50,772 bases of DNA from a bacterium (GTDB lineage: Bacteria; Zixibacteria; MSB-5A5; GN15; FEB-12). Of the stretch, positions 18,911 to 27,608 are shown piece after piece. How positions within the stretch are numbered: the first letter of the stretch is position 1; the number at the start of each line of letters is the position of its first letter. Below the pieces are notes generated by a model. The model had not been told where the DNA came from and did not search any database. It saw only the letters and a program-made list of their open reading frames with translations. The position numbers and the translations under genes were made by a program. The stretch spans positions 1-50,772 of the forward strand of contig JAAERE010000194.1 in NCBI GenBank assembly GCA_024230675.1, read 5' to 3'.

Positions 18911-19921
18911 ATGAAAATGAAGCGTGGTGAAGTTATTGTCCTCCTCGTCCTGGCGGTTGGCAGCGTCCTGGCGTATCTCGGGAAGATAAACGGCTGGCAC
19001 AGCGGTTTTATGTTCCCCAAGTGGCTCTCGATAACCATTGTCAGTCTCACGTTTCTCTCAATGGTCTGGATGCTCGTCCGCACGATTCAAGGAAAACTGG
19101 TGGAGCGCCGGATCGTATTCCTGTACGTGGGTATTGCCGTTGCCCTGCCGCTCCTGATGGAACTTCCTCAGAAAATCATCGTGTCGGACATTGTTCGCGC
19201 TGTCTACACCGAGCTGGAGGCCCTGCAGCCGGGCTCGAAAGTTCTCGTTTCGTTCGACTACGACCCGGCGTCGGCCCCGGAACTTCAACCGATGGCCGAG
19301 GCGTTTATCGCCGAGTGTTTCGAGCGCGACCTTACCGTTATTATGATGGGGCTCTGGCCTCAGGGGCCACAGCAGGCGGCCATGGCGGTTGACAGTGCCA
19401 TGAAGAGAATGGGCTATACCGATCAGGATAAGGTGTACGGGGTCGACTATGTGAACCTCGGATACCAGGCCGGCAACGAGTTCGTTATCCAGCGTATGGG
19501 GTCCAGCTTCCAGTCCATGTTCAAAACAGACTTCCTGGGGACTCCCTATGAGGATATCCCGCTGGTCAAAAACGTCAAGAACTTCTCAAATATAAATTTC
19601 TCCTTCAACTTGTCCTCCGGCTTCCCCGGAACGGTTGAGTGGGTTCAGGTAGCGGTCGACCGCTACGGTCTTCGGATGGGGGCCGGCAATACAGCGGTGC
19701 AGGCGCCGACCATCTACCCATATGTGAGATCAAAGCAGGTGCTGGGACTTCTCGGCGGAATGAACGGCGGCGCGGAGTTTGAGACGGTCACCGGACTTCC
19801 GGGCAAAGCGATCGGATTCATGCTGCCACAGTCTTTTGCGCACCTGATCGTAATTGGGTTTATCATCATCGGCAATGTGGCTTTCTTCCGGGAAGGGCGC
19901 AAGTCGAGGCTTAAGGGATAG
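18911..19921 (+). CDS. cassette 1, family C: membrane-tethered periplasmic-domain protein (uncharacterised)
   Basis: The ATG at 18911 follows the SD GGAGGTG (alternative GTG at 18902, overlapping B1). Conserved blocks GSKVLVSFDYDPASAPELQPMA, GVDYVNLGYQAGNE and YPY...GLLGG. The C-terminal TM AHLIVIGFIIIGNVAFF is followed by basic residues. Confidence 0.85.
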   Translation: MKMKRGEVIVLLVLAVGSVLAYLGKINGWHSGFMFPKWLSITIVSLTFLSMVWMLVRTIQGKLVERRIVFLYVGIAVALPLLMELPQKIIVSDIVRAVYTELEALQPGSKVLVSFDYDPASAPELQPMAEAFIAECFERDLTVIMMGLWPQGPQQAAMAVDSAMKRMGYTDQDKVYGVDYVNLGYQAGNEFVIQRMGSSFQSMFKTDFLGTPYEDIPLVKNVKNFSNINFSFNLSSGFPGTVEWVQVAVDRYGLRMGAGNTAVQAPTIYPYVRSKQVLGLLGGMNGGAEFETVTGLPGKAIGFMLPQSFAHLIVIGFIIIGNVAFFREGRKSRLKG

Positions 19922-19933
19922 GGCGGAGTAGTA

Positions 19934-20557
19934 ATGGAACATTTTGGACTCTGGGTTGGTGCATTCCTGACTCTGGGAATTTACTCTTTCCTATACCGTG
20001 ACAACGCCTGGTATAAGCTGTGCGAAGCCATTTTTATCGGCATTTCGGCCGGGTACTGGGTGGTAATTCTCTTCTGGGATAACTTTTACGGCAAGTTTTG
20101 GATCGGTCGCGAAGAAGAGCCTATGCTCTGGGTGGGCGCCGCTCTTGGCGTGCTGATGCTCTGCCGACTGGTTCCCAGGATCGGCTGGATTTCACGCTGG
20201 CCACTGGCGTTTATCGTGGGCGCAACCGCCGGGCTGTGGATGATGAACTACTTCTCATCCAACATCATGGCTCAGGTGCAGAGCACTATCATGCCGCTCC
20301 TCGGCGAAGGCTACAGTGCCTCGTTTGGCGAGATAGTCGGCAATTTTGTAATCGCCGTTGGCACGTTCGCAGGACTGATATATTTCTATTTCTCAAAAGA
20401 ACACAAAGGAGCCTTCGGAGCTACGGCTCGCTTAGGCATTTGGGTAATCATGATCACCTTCGGCGCCTCGTTTGGCTATACGGTCATGAGCCGTATGTCT
20501 TTGCTGATCGGGCGCATCGACTTCTTACTGGGTGACTGGCTGGGGCTGATTCAATAG
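19934..20557 (+). CDS. cassette 1, family D: ~6-TM integral membrane protein (uncharacterised)
   Basis: Conserved blocks FLTLGIYSFLYRDN.WYK..E, SRWPLAFIVG, GLIYFYFSKEH.GAFG and GIWVIMITFGASFGYTVM. The stop TAG (20555..20557) overlaps the GTG start of A2 by 1 nt. Confidence 0.85.
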   Translation: MEHFGLWVGAFLTLGIYSFLYRDNAWYKLCEAIFIGISAGYWVVILFWDNFYGKFWIGREEEPMLWVGAALGVLMLCRLVPRIGWISRWPLAFIVGATAGLWMMNYFSSNIMAQVQSTIMPLLGEGYSASFGEIVGNFVIAVGTFAGLIYFYFSKEHKGAFGATARLGIWVIMITFGASFGYTVMSRMSLLIGRIDFLLGDWLGLIQ

Positions 20558-21813
20558 TGATTGTCGAACCCCAACAAGCCCGGGTTGTGATCCCGGGCAC
20601 CGTCCGATTCCTCCTGTTAGCCTTTCTGGCCGTGGTCGTGAGTATAACCAGTACTGCCACCGCTTCCGAACCCAACGCCGACTCAACTCTTCTTGAAACC
20701 CAGCAAGTCGAACCCGTGACTTCGCTAGTCGCGCAGGATTTCAAATACGACAACGGCGAACGCATTGAACTGTTCTGGGTGCCTTCGGTCGACGACCGTC
20801 TGGTCGACGGGCTGGTGACGGGCTATGAAGTGTATCGCACCGTCAACGAGGGCGATCCTCAGAGACTGGCGATTCTGCCGCCCGGCGCAAACACGTTCCG
20901 CGACGAGGCAGCCGAAATCGACAGCGTTTATTCGTACTATATTACTACGCTCGCCGAAGAGACCAGCGCCAAGTCTGTGGCCACCGAGCCGATGACCTCC
21001 GAGAGGGAGTGGCTGAATAGAGATCGTGGCTATCTGTTCCTGATCGCATTTGTCATTGCTGCGGCCGTGATCTTTTTTGTTGAGACGGCCAAGCGGGGAA
21101 AGAAGCTTTTCATTCGCAAGATCGCCGGACTGGAAGCTATCGATGACGCCGTGGGGCGCGCTACTGAGATGGGCCGACCGGTCCTCTTCGTGCCGGGGAT
21201 TCATGACATGGACGATGTCCAGACGCTGGCGGCCCTGACGATCCTCGGCCGCGTTTCCCGTACGATTGCCGACTACGATTCCAAGATTTTCATGCCGGTA
21301 TCACGCTCGCTGGTGATGACGGCCGCGCGCGAAACTATAAAGTCGTCCTATATGGCCGCTGGTCGCCCCGATGCCTACAACGACGACATGGTCAATTACG
21401 TGACCGACGAGCAATTCGGTTACGTGGCGTCGGTCGATGGTCTCATTGTCCGTGAGAAACCAGCCACGATATTCCTGCTCGGGGCCTTTTTTGCGGAATC
21501 GCTCATATTGGCTGAGACTGGAAACTCCGTCGGTGCGATTCAGATAGCGGGCACCGCCCGTCCGGCGCAGTTGCCGTTTTTTATAGCCGCTTGTGACTTT
21601 ACGCTGATCGGCGAGGAGCTGTTTGCAGCCTCGGCCTATCTCTCGGATGAACCAAAACAATTGGGGTCGCTCAAAGGACAGGACGTAGGCAAAGGTATCG
21701 CTATGTTCTTTGTGATCGCCGGTACGGTAGCGGCGACCATCTCCTACGCATGGGATATTGGCCCTGTGAACGATGTGCTGGATTGGCTTAACCAGGTATT
21801 TTCATCGAATTGA
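20557..21813 (+). CDS. cassette 2, family A: signal peptide, FN3-like domain, TM, conserved module, C-terminal TM (uncharacterised)
   Basis: FN3-like ERIELFWVPS..VTGYEVYR..SVYSYYITTLAEE. Conserved block KKLFIRKIAGLEAIDDAVGRATEMG...FFAESLILAETG...CDFTLIGEELFAASAYL. By my ungapped by-eye alignment, about two-thirds of positions match A1 across the conserved module. Confidence 0.85.
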   Translation: MIVEPQQARVVIPGTVRFLLLAFLAVVVSITSTATASEPNADSTLLETQQVEPVTSLVAQDFKYDNGERIELFWVPSVDDRLVDGLVTGYEVYRTVNEGDPQRLAILPPGANTFRDEAAEIDSVYSYYITTLAEETSAKSVATEPMTSEREWLNRDRGYLFLIAFVIAAAVIFFVETAKRGKKLFIRKIAGLEAIDDAVGRATEMGRPVLFVPGIHDMDDVQTLAALTILGRVSRTIADYDSKIFMPVSRSLVMTAARETIKSSYMAAGRPDAYNDDMVNYVTDEQFGYVASVDGLIVREKPATIFLLGAFFAESLILAETGNSVGAIQIAGTARPAQLPFFIAACDFTLIGEELFAASAYLSDEPKQLGSLKGQDVGKGIAMFFVIAGTVAATISYAWDIGPVNDVLDWLNQVFSSN

Positions 21814-21820
21814 TTAGACT

Positions 21821-22498
21821 ATGAAGCGACAAATACCTCTCTTAATTACGTTTTTCGTCGGCACCCTGCTGATCATATCGGTATTCGTGCCGCCGCTGGG
21901 TGACCTTGAGAGAGACTTCACACTCTTTTTTGATATCATAGCTGTTTTCGCATTTTTCCTGGGCGGTGGAAACCTTCTGAGGATTCACCTTATGAAGCTG
22001 GCCAACCGCCGCAAGGACTGGGGTTTTTCGGCGGTCACCGTGTCCGGCTTCTTGTTCATGCTGGCCATAGGACTGTTCAAAGTCGGCAATCCCGGCGGTA
22101 TAGCGGAGGCTGTCGACGCCGAGGGCTCGTGGTTCAAGGTGATGTTCGACAACGTCATCAATCCGCTACAGTCGACTATGTACTCACTGTTGGCGTTTTT
22201 TGTGGCCTCGGCCTCTTATCGTGCTTTCCGAGCCAAAAACCGCGAAGCCACTATGTTGCTGATCGCCGCATTCATCATTCTGCTGGGGCGCACGCCACTG
22301 GGAGTAATGTTAACCGGCTGGATACCCGAGTGGATGTCGGTGGCCCAGATACCTAATCTGGCCGTCTGGATAATGAACTCGCCGAACCTGGCCGGTCAGC
22401 GTGCTATCATGATTGGAATCAGTCTCGGCGTTATAGCGACCTCGTTGAGGCTCATCCTCGGCGTGGAACGGTCGTACCTGGGAGGTGACAGTGACTAA
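21821..22498 (+). CDS. cassette 2, family B: ~6-TM integral membrane protein (uncharacterised)
   Basis: Contains MKRQIPLLITFF..., STMYSLLAFFVASASYRAFRAKNREATMLLIAAF and AGQRAIMIGISLGVIATSLRLILGVERSYLGG. Confidence 0.85.
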   Translation: MKRQIPLLITFFVGTLLIISVFVPPLGDLERDFTLFFDIIAVFAFFLGGGNLLRIHLMKLANRRKDWGFSAVTVSGFLFMLAIGLFKVGNPGGIAEAVDAEGSWFKVMFDNVINPLQSTMYSLLAFFVASASYRAFRAKNREATMLLIAAFIILLGRTPLGVMLTGWIPEWMSVAQIPNLAVWIMNSPNLAGQRAIMIGISLGVIATSLRLILGVERSYLGGDSD

Positions 22499-23408
22499 CA
22501 TCGGTGTCATCCTTACCCTGATTGTGATATTCGGCGGCCTGCTGTGGCTGCTGGTACGCTCTATCAGCGGTCGTGAAGTAGACCGCCGCATTATTTTCCT
22601 GTTCATTTTCGTCTCGGTCGCGGCGCCGATTATTTTCCAGATTACATTCAAGGAGCGAGCCACTCCGGTGGTCGAGGCGCTTTTCGCGAATATCGACGGT
22701 CTCCCGGCGGGCTCCAAGGTCCTCATATCTTTCGATTTCGATCCGGCGATGGCGCCCGAGGTGCAGCCGATGGCCAACGCCATGTCGCGGCACTGTCTCG
22801 AGAAGGGTCACAAGATCGTGTTTATGTCTCTCTGGGCGACGGGTCAGTCACTAATGACCACCACTTTGAGCAGAGTTATTCTGCCTGAGTTCCCCGAGAA
22901 GGTCAACGGTGTGGACTATGTCAACGTCGGCTACAAAGCCGGCAATGAGGGCGTGCTGAACGTCATCGTATCAGATTTCAAGAAGATGTTCCCCACCGAC
23001 GTCAATGGAGTGCCGCTCGATTCCACTCAGCTTTTCCGCGACATTCGCAGTTGCGCTGATCTCGATCTGATCATTGCCCTTGGCGGTGGCAGACCCGGTC
23101 CCAAAGAATGGGTCCTGTTCGTCGGTGATCCGGCCGATGTCCCGGTAGGCGTAGGCGTGGCGGCTGTCGTAGCACCGCAGTTGTACCCGTACTTCCCGCA
23201 GCAGATTGTCGGCATCCTGGGCGGTGTCAAGGGCGCGGCGGAGTACGAGCAGTTGTTGATCGCCACCCACGATCGTTTTGTTGATATGGAGACGCCGGGC
23301 ATCGACATGATGGGGCCGCAGACACTGGCCCACGTAGTTATCATGGCTTTCATCGTGATAGGCAACATTGCTTTCTTCCGCAGTCGTTCGAAGGGAGGCA
23401 GCAAATGA
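22491..23408 (+). CDS. cassette 2, family C: membrane-tethered periplasmic-domain protein (uncharacterised)
   Basis: The GTG at 22491 lies 5 nt after GGAGG (alternative GTG at 22485) and overlaps the end of B2. Contains GSKVLISFDFDPAMAPEVQPMA, GVDYVNVGYKAGNE and YPYF..QIVGILGG, plus a C-terminal TM AHVVIMAFIVIGNIAFF. Confidence 0.85.
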   Translation: MTNIGVILTLIVIFGGLLWLLVRSISGREVDRRIIFLFIFVSVAAPIIFQITFKERATPVVEALFANIDGLPAGSKVLISFDFDPAMAPEVQPMANAMSRHCLEKGHKIVFMSLWATGQSLMTTTLSRVILPEFPEKVNGVDYVNVGYKAGNEGVLNVIVSDFKKMFPTDVNGVPLDSTQLFRDIRSCADLDLIIALGGGRPGPKEWVLFVGDPADVPVGVGVAAVVAPQLYPYFPQQIVGILGGVKGAAEYEQLLIATHDRFVDMETPGIDMMGPQTLAHVVIMAFIVIGNIAFFRSRSKGGSK

Positions 23409-24256
23409 GCCGAACGGCTGTTATCGTGTTCGCCGGCGTAGTGGCGCTTTTTGTTGTCAGTTGGATGGTTAAGGCCATGGTTCTGGCAGATGTCTCCGAG
23501 ACCAACATCGTGGACGCTTTCATGGTGACCGTGGCGGCTTTTCTAACTCTGGCCATTTACTCTTTCCTCTACAAAGACAATCCCTATTACAAATTCGCCG
23601 AACACCTTTTTGTTGGTGTGTCGGCCGCTTTCTGGATGGTTCAGGGGTTCTGGACGACAATCGTCGGCAACCTTCTGCCGCGTCTTTCCGAAGGACTGGC
23701 TACCTGGTTCCAGCAGCCCTATCAGGGCGGTGGCTACGATCTGGGAGTTTTTGTTTTTCCATATTCGATCATGTACTGGATCCCGGTGATTCTCGGCTCG
23801 CTGTTACTGATGCGTCTATCGCCTCAGGGAGGCTGGTTGTCCCGCTGGCCGCTGGCACTGATTGTTGGTACGACCGCCGGTCTTAACTTCGTAAGGTACC
23901 TTCGCTCTGACTTCATCGTACAGGTGGCGGCGACGTTTGTACCTCTGTTTGGCCGTGACCCGCACCCCTGGCAGGGCTTCGGTCACTTCTTTTCCAACCT
24001 GGACCTCTCGGCTTCGGGCCAGTTTGTGGCTCTTCTGTCGAACTGGGTTATTTTCATTGGCGTATTCTGTGGCTTGATCTACTTCTTCTTCTCCAAGGAG
24101 CACACCGGGGCGTTTGGGAAAGCCTCCCGTGTGGGAATCTGGATTTTGATGATAACGTTCGGCGCCTCGTTTGGATATACGGTCATGGGCCGAATATCGC
24201 TCCTGGTGGGACGCCTGACGTTCCTGTTTAGAGACTGGTTGGGGCTGATTAGTTAA
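23405..24256 (+). CDS. cassette 2, family D: integral membrane protein with an extra N-terminal TM (uncharacterised)
   Basis: The ATG overlaps the C2 stop (ATGA) and follows the SD GGGAGG. Contains FLTLAIYSFLYKDNPYYKFAEH, SRWPLALIVG, GLIYFFFSKEHTGAFG and GIWILMITFGASFGYTVM. Confidence 0.85.
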   Translation: MSRTAVIVFAGVVALFVVSWMVKAMVLADVSETNIVDAFMVTVAAFLTLAIYSFLYKDNPYYKFAEHLFVGVSAAFWMVQGFWTTIVGNLLPRLSEGLATWFQQPYQGGGYDLGVFVFPYSIMYWIPVILGSLLLMRLSPQGGWLSRWPLALIVGTTAGLNFVRYLRSDFIVQVAATFVPLFGRDPHPWQGFGHFFSNLDLSASGQFVALLSNWVIFIGVFCGLIYFFFSKEHTGAFGKASRVGIWILMITFGASFGYTVMGRISLLVGRLTFLFRDWLGLIS

Positions 24257-24285
24257 TACATACCCTTGCACGAAAGGGCAGCTAT

Positions 24286-25884
24286 ATGAGATTTTTGTTC
24301 GGACTAACTGTAATCCTGGCCCTGCTCCTGGGGGCGAGCGTTTCGGCGCAAACCGAACCGCCCGTCACAGATTCAGTAGCAGACTCGGTCGAGGTGCCGG
24401 CGATACCACCGCCAGCGCCGGTTACGGATCTCAAGGCTCTTGATACCGACGACGACCACGGTCATTCGGTTACGCTTACGTGGACGAAATCGGTCGACGC
24501 CCAGACGGGGCAGAACACCGTAAACGGACACCAAATCTTCCGGTGGTACCCGGCGATGATGGACTCTTTGGCGGGCGTGGATTCTCTTAAGAATATGCGT
24601 CAGGATATCCAGAGGGCACAGTCGGCCAACTCGGTATTCAGGAGAGCCCTGGGCGTGGCCGAGGACGCCCTTGAGGATCTCACCAGCGGCGGACGGGGTT
24701 TCGACGCCCTGCGCTTCACCGTGGCGACGCCGCAAGATGACAGCACTTTTGTCCTCGACCGCGCTTTTGTCGAGCAGGCGCTCAGGGACACTGTCGCCAC
24801 TATGACGACGCACCTGCCTCTGCTTCCGGACAGCATAAAGGGCCTGCAGGCCTCTTTCGAGGCCGCCATTGAGAGGCTGACCGAGGCCCATCAGGCGTAT
24901 CCTGAGGGAGGTAGCTGGAATCTGGTCGGCCTGGCTGCCAAAGGTGACACTTCCTTCGTTAATTCCGGGAACAAAGATCCAATGTCGGGTGACTTCATCA
25001 AGGATTTCACCGATCTTTACTATCGCGTCGACGTGGTGACCATCGATGAGACGATTCGAACCGAGTCCGCCATCGTCGGTCCGGTGCAAAGCGAAGGCCA
25101 GTGGTTCAACGGCGGACGCTTCCCGGTCTTTTGGGCCGTCATCATATTCGGCTTCCTCACCATGTACTTCGTAAGCCGGGCCAGAAAAGGGGACGACCTG
25201 TACGTCCGTCCGCTGGCCGGTATCGAGGCTGTTGACGACGCTATCGGTCGTGCCACGGAAATGGGCCGCCCGATTCTCTACGTGCTCGGTCTGGGTACGG
25301 CTGCCGATGTTGCCACGATCGCCTCGTTTACGGTTCTGGGACGTGTGGCCAAACAGGTGGCCGAGTACCAGACGGAGTTGATTGTGCCGACTTACGATCC
25401 GATCGTTATGTCGGTGGCCCAGGAGGTAGTCAAATCCTCCTATCTTGACGCCGGTCGTCCCGATGACTACAAAGAAAACACTGTCTTCTTCGTTACGAAT
25501 CTTCAGTTCGCATATGTGGCCGCCGTCAACGGCATCATGCTTCGCGAGCTGCCGGCGACCAATATTTACATGGGCAAGTTCTTCGCCGAGTCTCTGTTGC
25601 TGGCGGAAACGGGTGCTCTGGCCGGCTCGATTCAGATAGCCGGCACCGACGAGATCGCACAAATTCCGTTCTTCATTGTGGCCTGTGACTACACGCTTAT
25701 CGGTGAGGAGCTATACGCCGCTTCCGCCTACCTGGGGCGCGAGCCGATTTTACTCGGATCGCTCAAAGCTCAGGACTGGGCCAAAGCGGCGGTGATCGTG
25801 TTGGGCATCGTCGGACTAGTAGCCGCCAATCTCGAATGGGGATTCGCGAAAACATTCCTTGAATATTTTCACGTAACCAACTAG
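24286..25884 (+). CDS. cassette 3, family A: as A1/A2, but the FN3-like domain is split by a ~120-aa helical insertion (uncharacterised)
   Basis: Signal peptide MRFLFGLTVILALLLGASVSA. First FN3-like half is VTLTWTKSV..GHQIFRW. The insertion spans about residues 89-209. Second half is WNLVGLA..DLYYRVDVVTID. Conserved module LAGIEAVDDAIGRATEMG...FFAESLLLAETG...CDYTLIGEELYAASAYL. Confidence 0.85.
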   Translation: MRFLFGLTVILALLLGASVSAQTEPPVTDSVADSVEVPAIPPPAPVTDLKALDTDDDHGHSVTLTWTKSVDAQTGQNTVNGHQIFRWYPAMMDSLAGVDSLKNMRQDIQRAQSANSVFRRALGVAEDALEDLTSGGRGFDALRFTVATPQDDSTFVLDRAFVEQALRDTVATMTTHLPLLPDSIKGLQASFEAAIERLTEAHQAYPEGGSWNLVGLAAKGDTSFVNSGNKDPMSGDFIKDFTDLYYRVDVVTIDETIRTESAIVGPVQSEGQWFNGGRFPVFWAVIIFGFLTMYFVSRARKGDDLYVRPLAGIEAVDDAIGRATEMGRPILYVLGLGTAADVATIASFTVLGRVAKQVAEYQTELIVPTYDPIVMSVAQEVVKSSYLDAGRPDDYKENTVFFVTNLQFAYVAAVNGIMLRELPATNIYMGKFFAESLLLAETGALAGSIQIAGTDEIAQIPFFIVACDYTLIGEELYAASAYLGREPILLGSLKAQDWAKAAVIVLGIVGLVAANLEWGFAKTFLEYFHVTN

Positions 25885-25897
25885 GAGGATACATATC

Positions 25898-26713
25898 ATG
25901 AAAAGACAAGTTCCTCTGGTTTTGGTTCTCCTTTTCGGACTGTTCATGATTTTTCAGTACTTCGTACCGCATGAATCTTCCGAATGGGTTTACGAGTTCC
26001 TGCTTGACTGGATCTATATCATCGGCATATTCGCCCTTGCTCTGGGGATCTGGTCCCTGTATGTGGTTTCGGTCGATAAGGTCAAAACCAGGAAGCATGA
26101 CTGGGGATATTCATACGTAACCCTGGCGGGGCTCTTCGGCATGATCCTGTTCGGCTTCACGGCCCGTCATGGCGACGAATGGGGTTGGTATCTTATCTTC
26201 GTGGCCTGTGTGCTGCTGACAGTCATTATGTCGGTGCAGGCGATGGCCGCCAGAATCAACAAAGGACTGCCGCTGGGTCTGGCCGGGTTGTTCCTGCTGG
26301 GGGCCGTACTGATAGCAGTCTTCGACGATACCTGGAGTTTCTACTTCTACACGCAGGAGGGTCTCCAGAGTACAATGTTCCGGGCATTCTTCGACTATAT
26401 CATGATGCCCATCCTGGCTACGATTTTTTCGCTCCTTGCGTTCTTCATTGCCTCTGCGGCTTACCGGGCCTTCCGCGCCAGGAACCTCCTGGCTTCGCTG
26501 CTCCTGATTGCCGCTCTAATCGTGATGATGAGATTCTTCCCTTACTTTGGCGAAAACGTCGGGGAATTCATCGCCCGGGTTTCAAGCTGGCTTATGAACG
26601 TGCCCAACCTGGCCGCACAGCGTGCGATCATTATAGGGGTTGGCCTCGGTATTGTAGCTACCGCTCTCAAGGTCATTCTCGGTATTGAGCGCGGCTATAT
26701 GGGGAAAGGATAA
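25898..26713 (+). CDS. cassette 3, family B: integral membrane protein with about two additional TM helices (uncharacterised)
   Basis: SD AGGAGG. Contains MKRQVPLVLVLL.., a hydrophobic segment absent from B1/B2 (WYLIFVACVLLTVIM...LGLAGLFLLGAVLIAVF), then ATIFSLLAFFIASAAYRAFRARN and AAQRAIIIGVGLGIVATALKVILGIERGYMG. Confidence 0.85.
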   Translation: MKRQVPLVLVLLFGLFMIFQYFVPHESSEWVYEFLLDWIYIIGIFALALGIWSLYVVSVDKVKTRKHDWGYSYVTLAGLFGMILFGFTARHGDEWGWYLIFVACVLLTVIMSVQAMAARINKGLPLGLAGLFLLGAVLIAVFDDTWSFYFYTQEGLQSTMFRAFFDYIMMPILATIFSLLAFFIASAAYRAFRARNLLASLLLIAALIVMMRFFPYFGENVGEFIARVSSWLMNVPNLAAQRAIIIGVGLGIVATALKVILGIERGYMGKG

Positions 26714-26724
26714 GGAAACCACAC

Positions 26725-27606
26725 ATGATTAATTTCTTTGACAGACTTATGCGGCTTGACCGGCGGTGGATCTTCCTCTTCCTCATCGTGGTTTGCATCA
26801 TTGCGTATGTCTCGGATTTCGACGTACCCATCATGCCCGAGCGTGAGGTGGAGACGATTTACGAGTTCGTGGACAGTCTGCCGCCGGGCGAGATCGTCAT
26901 GATTGCGATCGACTACGATCCCAACAACCTGGCCGAGTTGCATCCGATGACCTACGCTATTGTTGAACAGTGCTGGCGCAAGAACCTGAAAGTGCTGATT
27001 ACTTCGCTTTCTCAGAACGGCCCAGGCATGGCCGACGAGGCTCTGCGCAGTATCACCGATTCGCTGGCCGAAACCAAGACCTACAACGGTCAGGTGTACG
27101 AAGGCCGGGAAGTTGTTAACGGTGTGGATTACTGCTTCCTCGGTTACAAGCCCTATTTCGCGCTGGTGATCCTGGGCATGGGGCAGAACTTCCGGCTACC
27201 GTTCCCGGAAGATTATTACGGCACGCCGCTTGATTCGATTCCGATGATGCAGGGTGTTTTGAACTACGACGATGTCGCCTGTGTGATCGACTTATCGGGA
27301 GGCAACATCACCGACTATTGGATTTCCTACGGTCAGAATCGGTTCAACTTCCCGCTGGCCCTGGGGCTTACCGGGGTTATGACCGCCCAGTACTACCCGT
27401 ATCTCGGCTCCGGACAGGTGTTCGGAATCATGGGGGGGCTGCTGGGGGCGGCGCAGTACGAGAAGCTGGTCGATAACGCCGGTCTGGCCAGGGACGGGAT
27501 GCGTGTGCAACTTCCCGCTCATATCGTTATCATCCTGTTCATCCTGGTAGGCAATATCGGGTTCTTTGTGGATCGACGTAACCGCCACCGGGCAGAGGGG
27601 AGGTAG
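26725..27606 (+). CDS. cassette 3, family C: membrane-tethered periplasmic-domain protein (uncharacterised)
   Basis: A single N-terminal TM after RLDRRW. Contains GEIVMIAIDYDPNNLAELHPMT, GVDYCFLGYKP and YPYLGSGQVFGIMGG, plus a C-terminal TM AHIVIILFILVGNIGFF followed by RRNRHR. Confidence 0.85.
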   Translation: MINFFDRLMRLDRRWIFLFLIVVCIIAYVSDFDVPIMPEREVETIYEFVDSLPPGEIVMIAIDYDPNNLAELHPMTYAIVEQCWRKNLKVLITSLSQNGPGMADEALRSITDSLAETKTYNGQVYEGREVVNGVDYCFLGYKPYFALVILGMGQNFRLPFPEDYYGTPLDSIPMMQGVLNYDDVACVIDLSGGNITDYWISYGQNRFNFPLALGLTGVMTAQYYPYLGSGQVFGIMGGLLGAAQYEKLVDNAGLARDGMRVQLPAHIVIILFILVGNIGFFVDRRNRHRAEGR

Positions 27607-27608
27607 CC

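Noticed and set aside
24373-25662. A 429-aa reverse-strand ORF inside A3. Similar long antisense ORFs occur at 30664..31857, 35941..36750, 36946..37824, 43853..44626, 45783..46631 and 5113..6018.
   Set aside because: All lie opposite genes with strong family motifs or strong paralog support. They show the Arg/His/Gly-rich bias of antisense frames. None has a convincing SD or start context.
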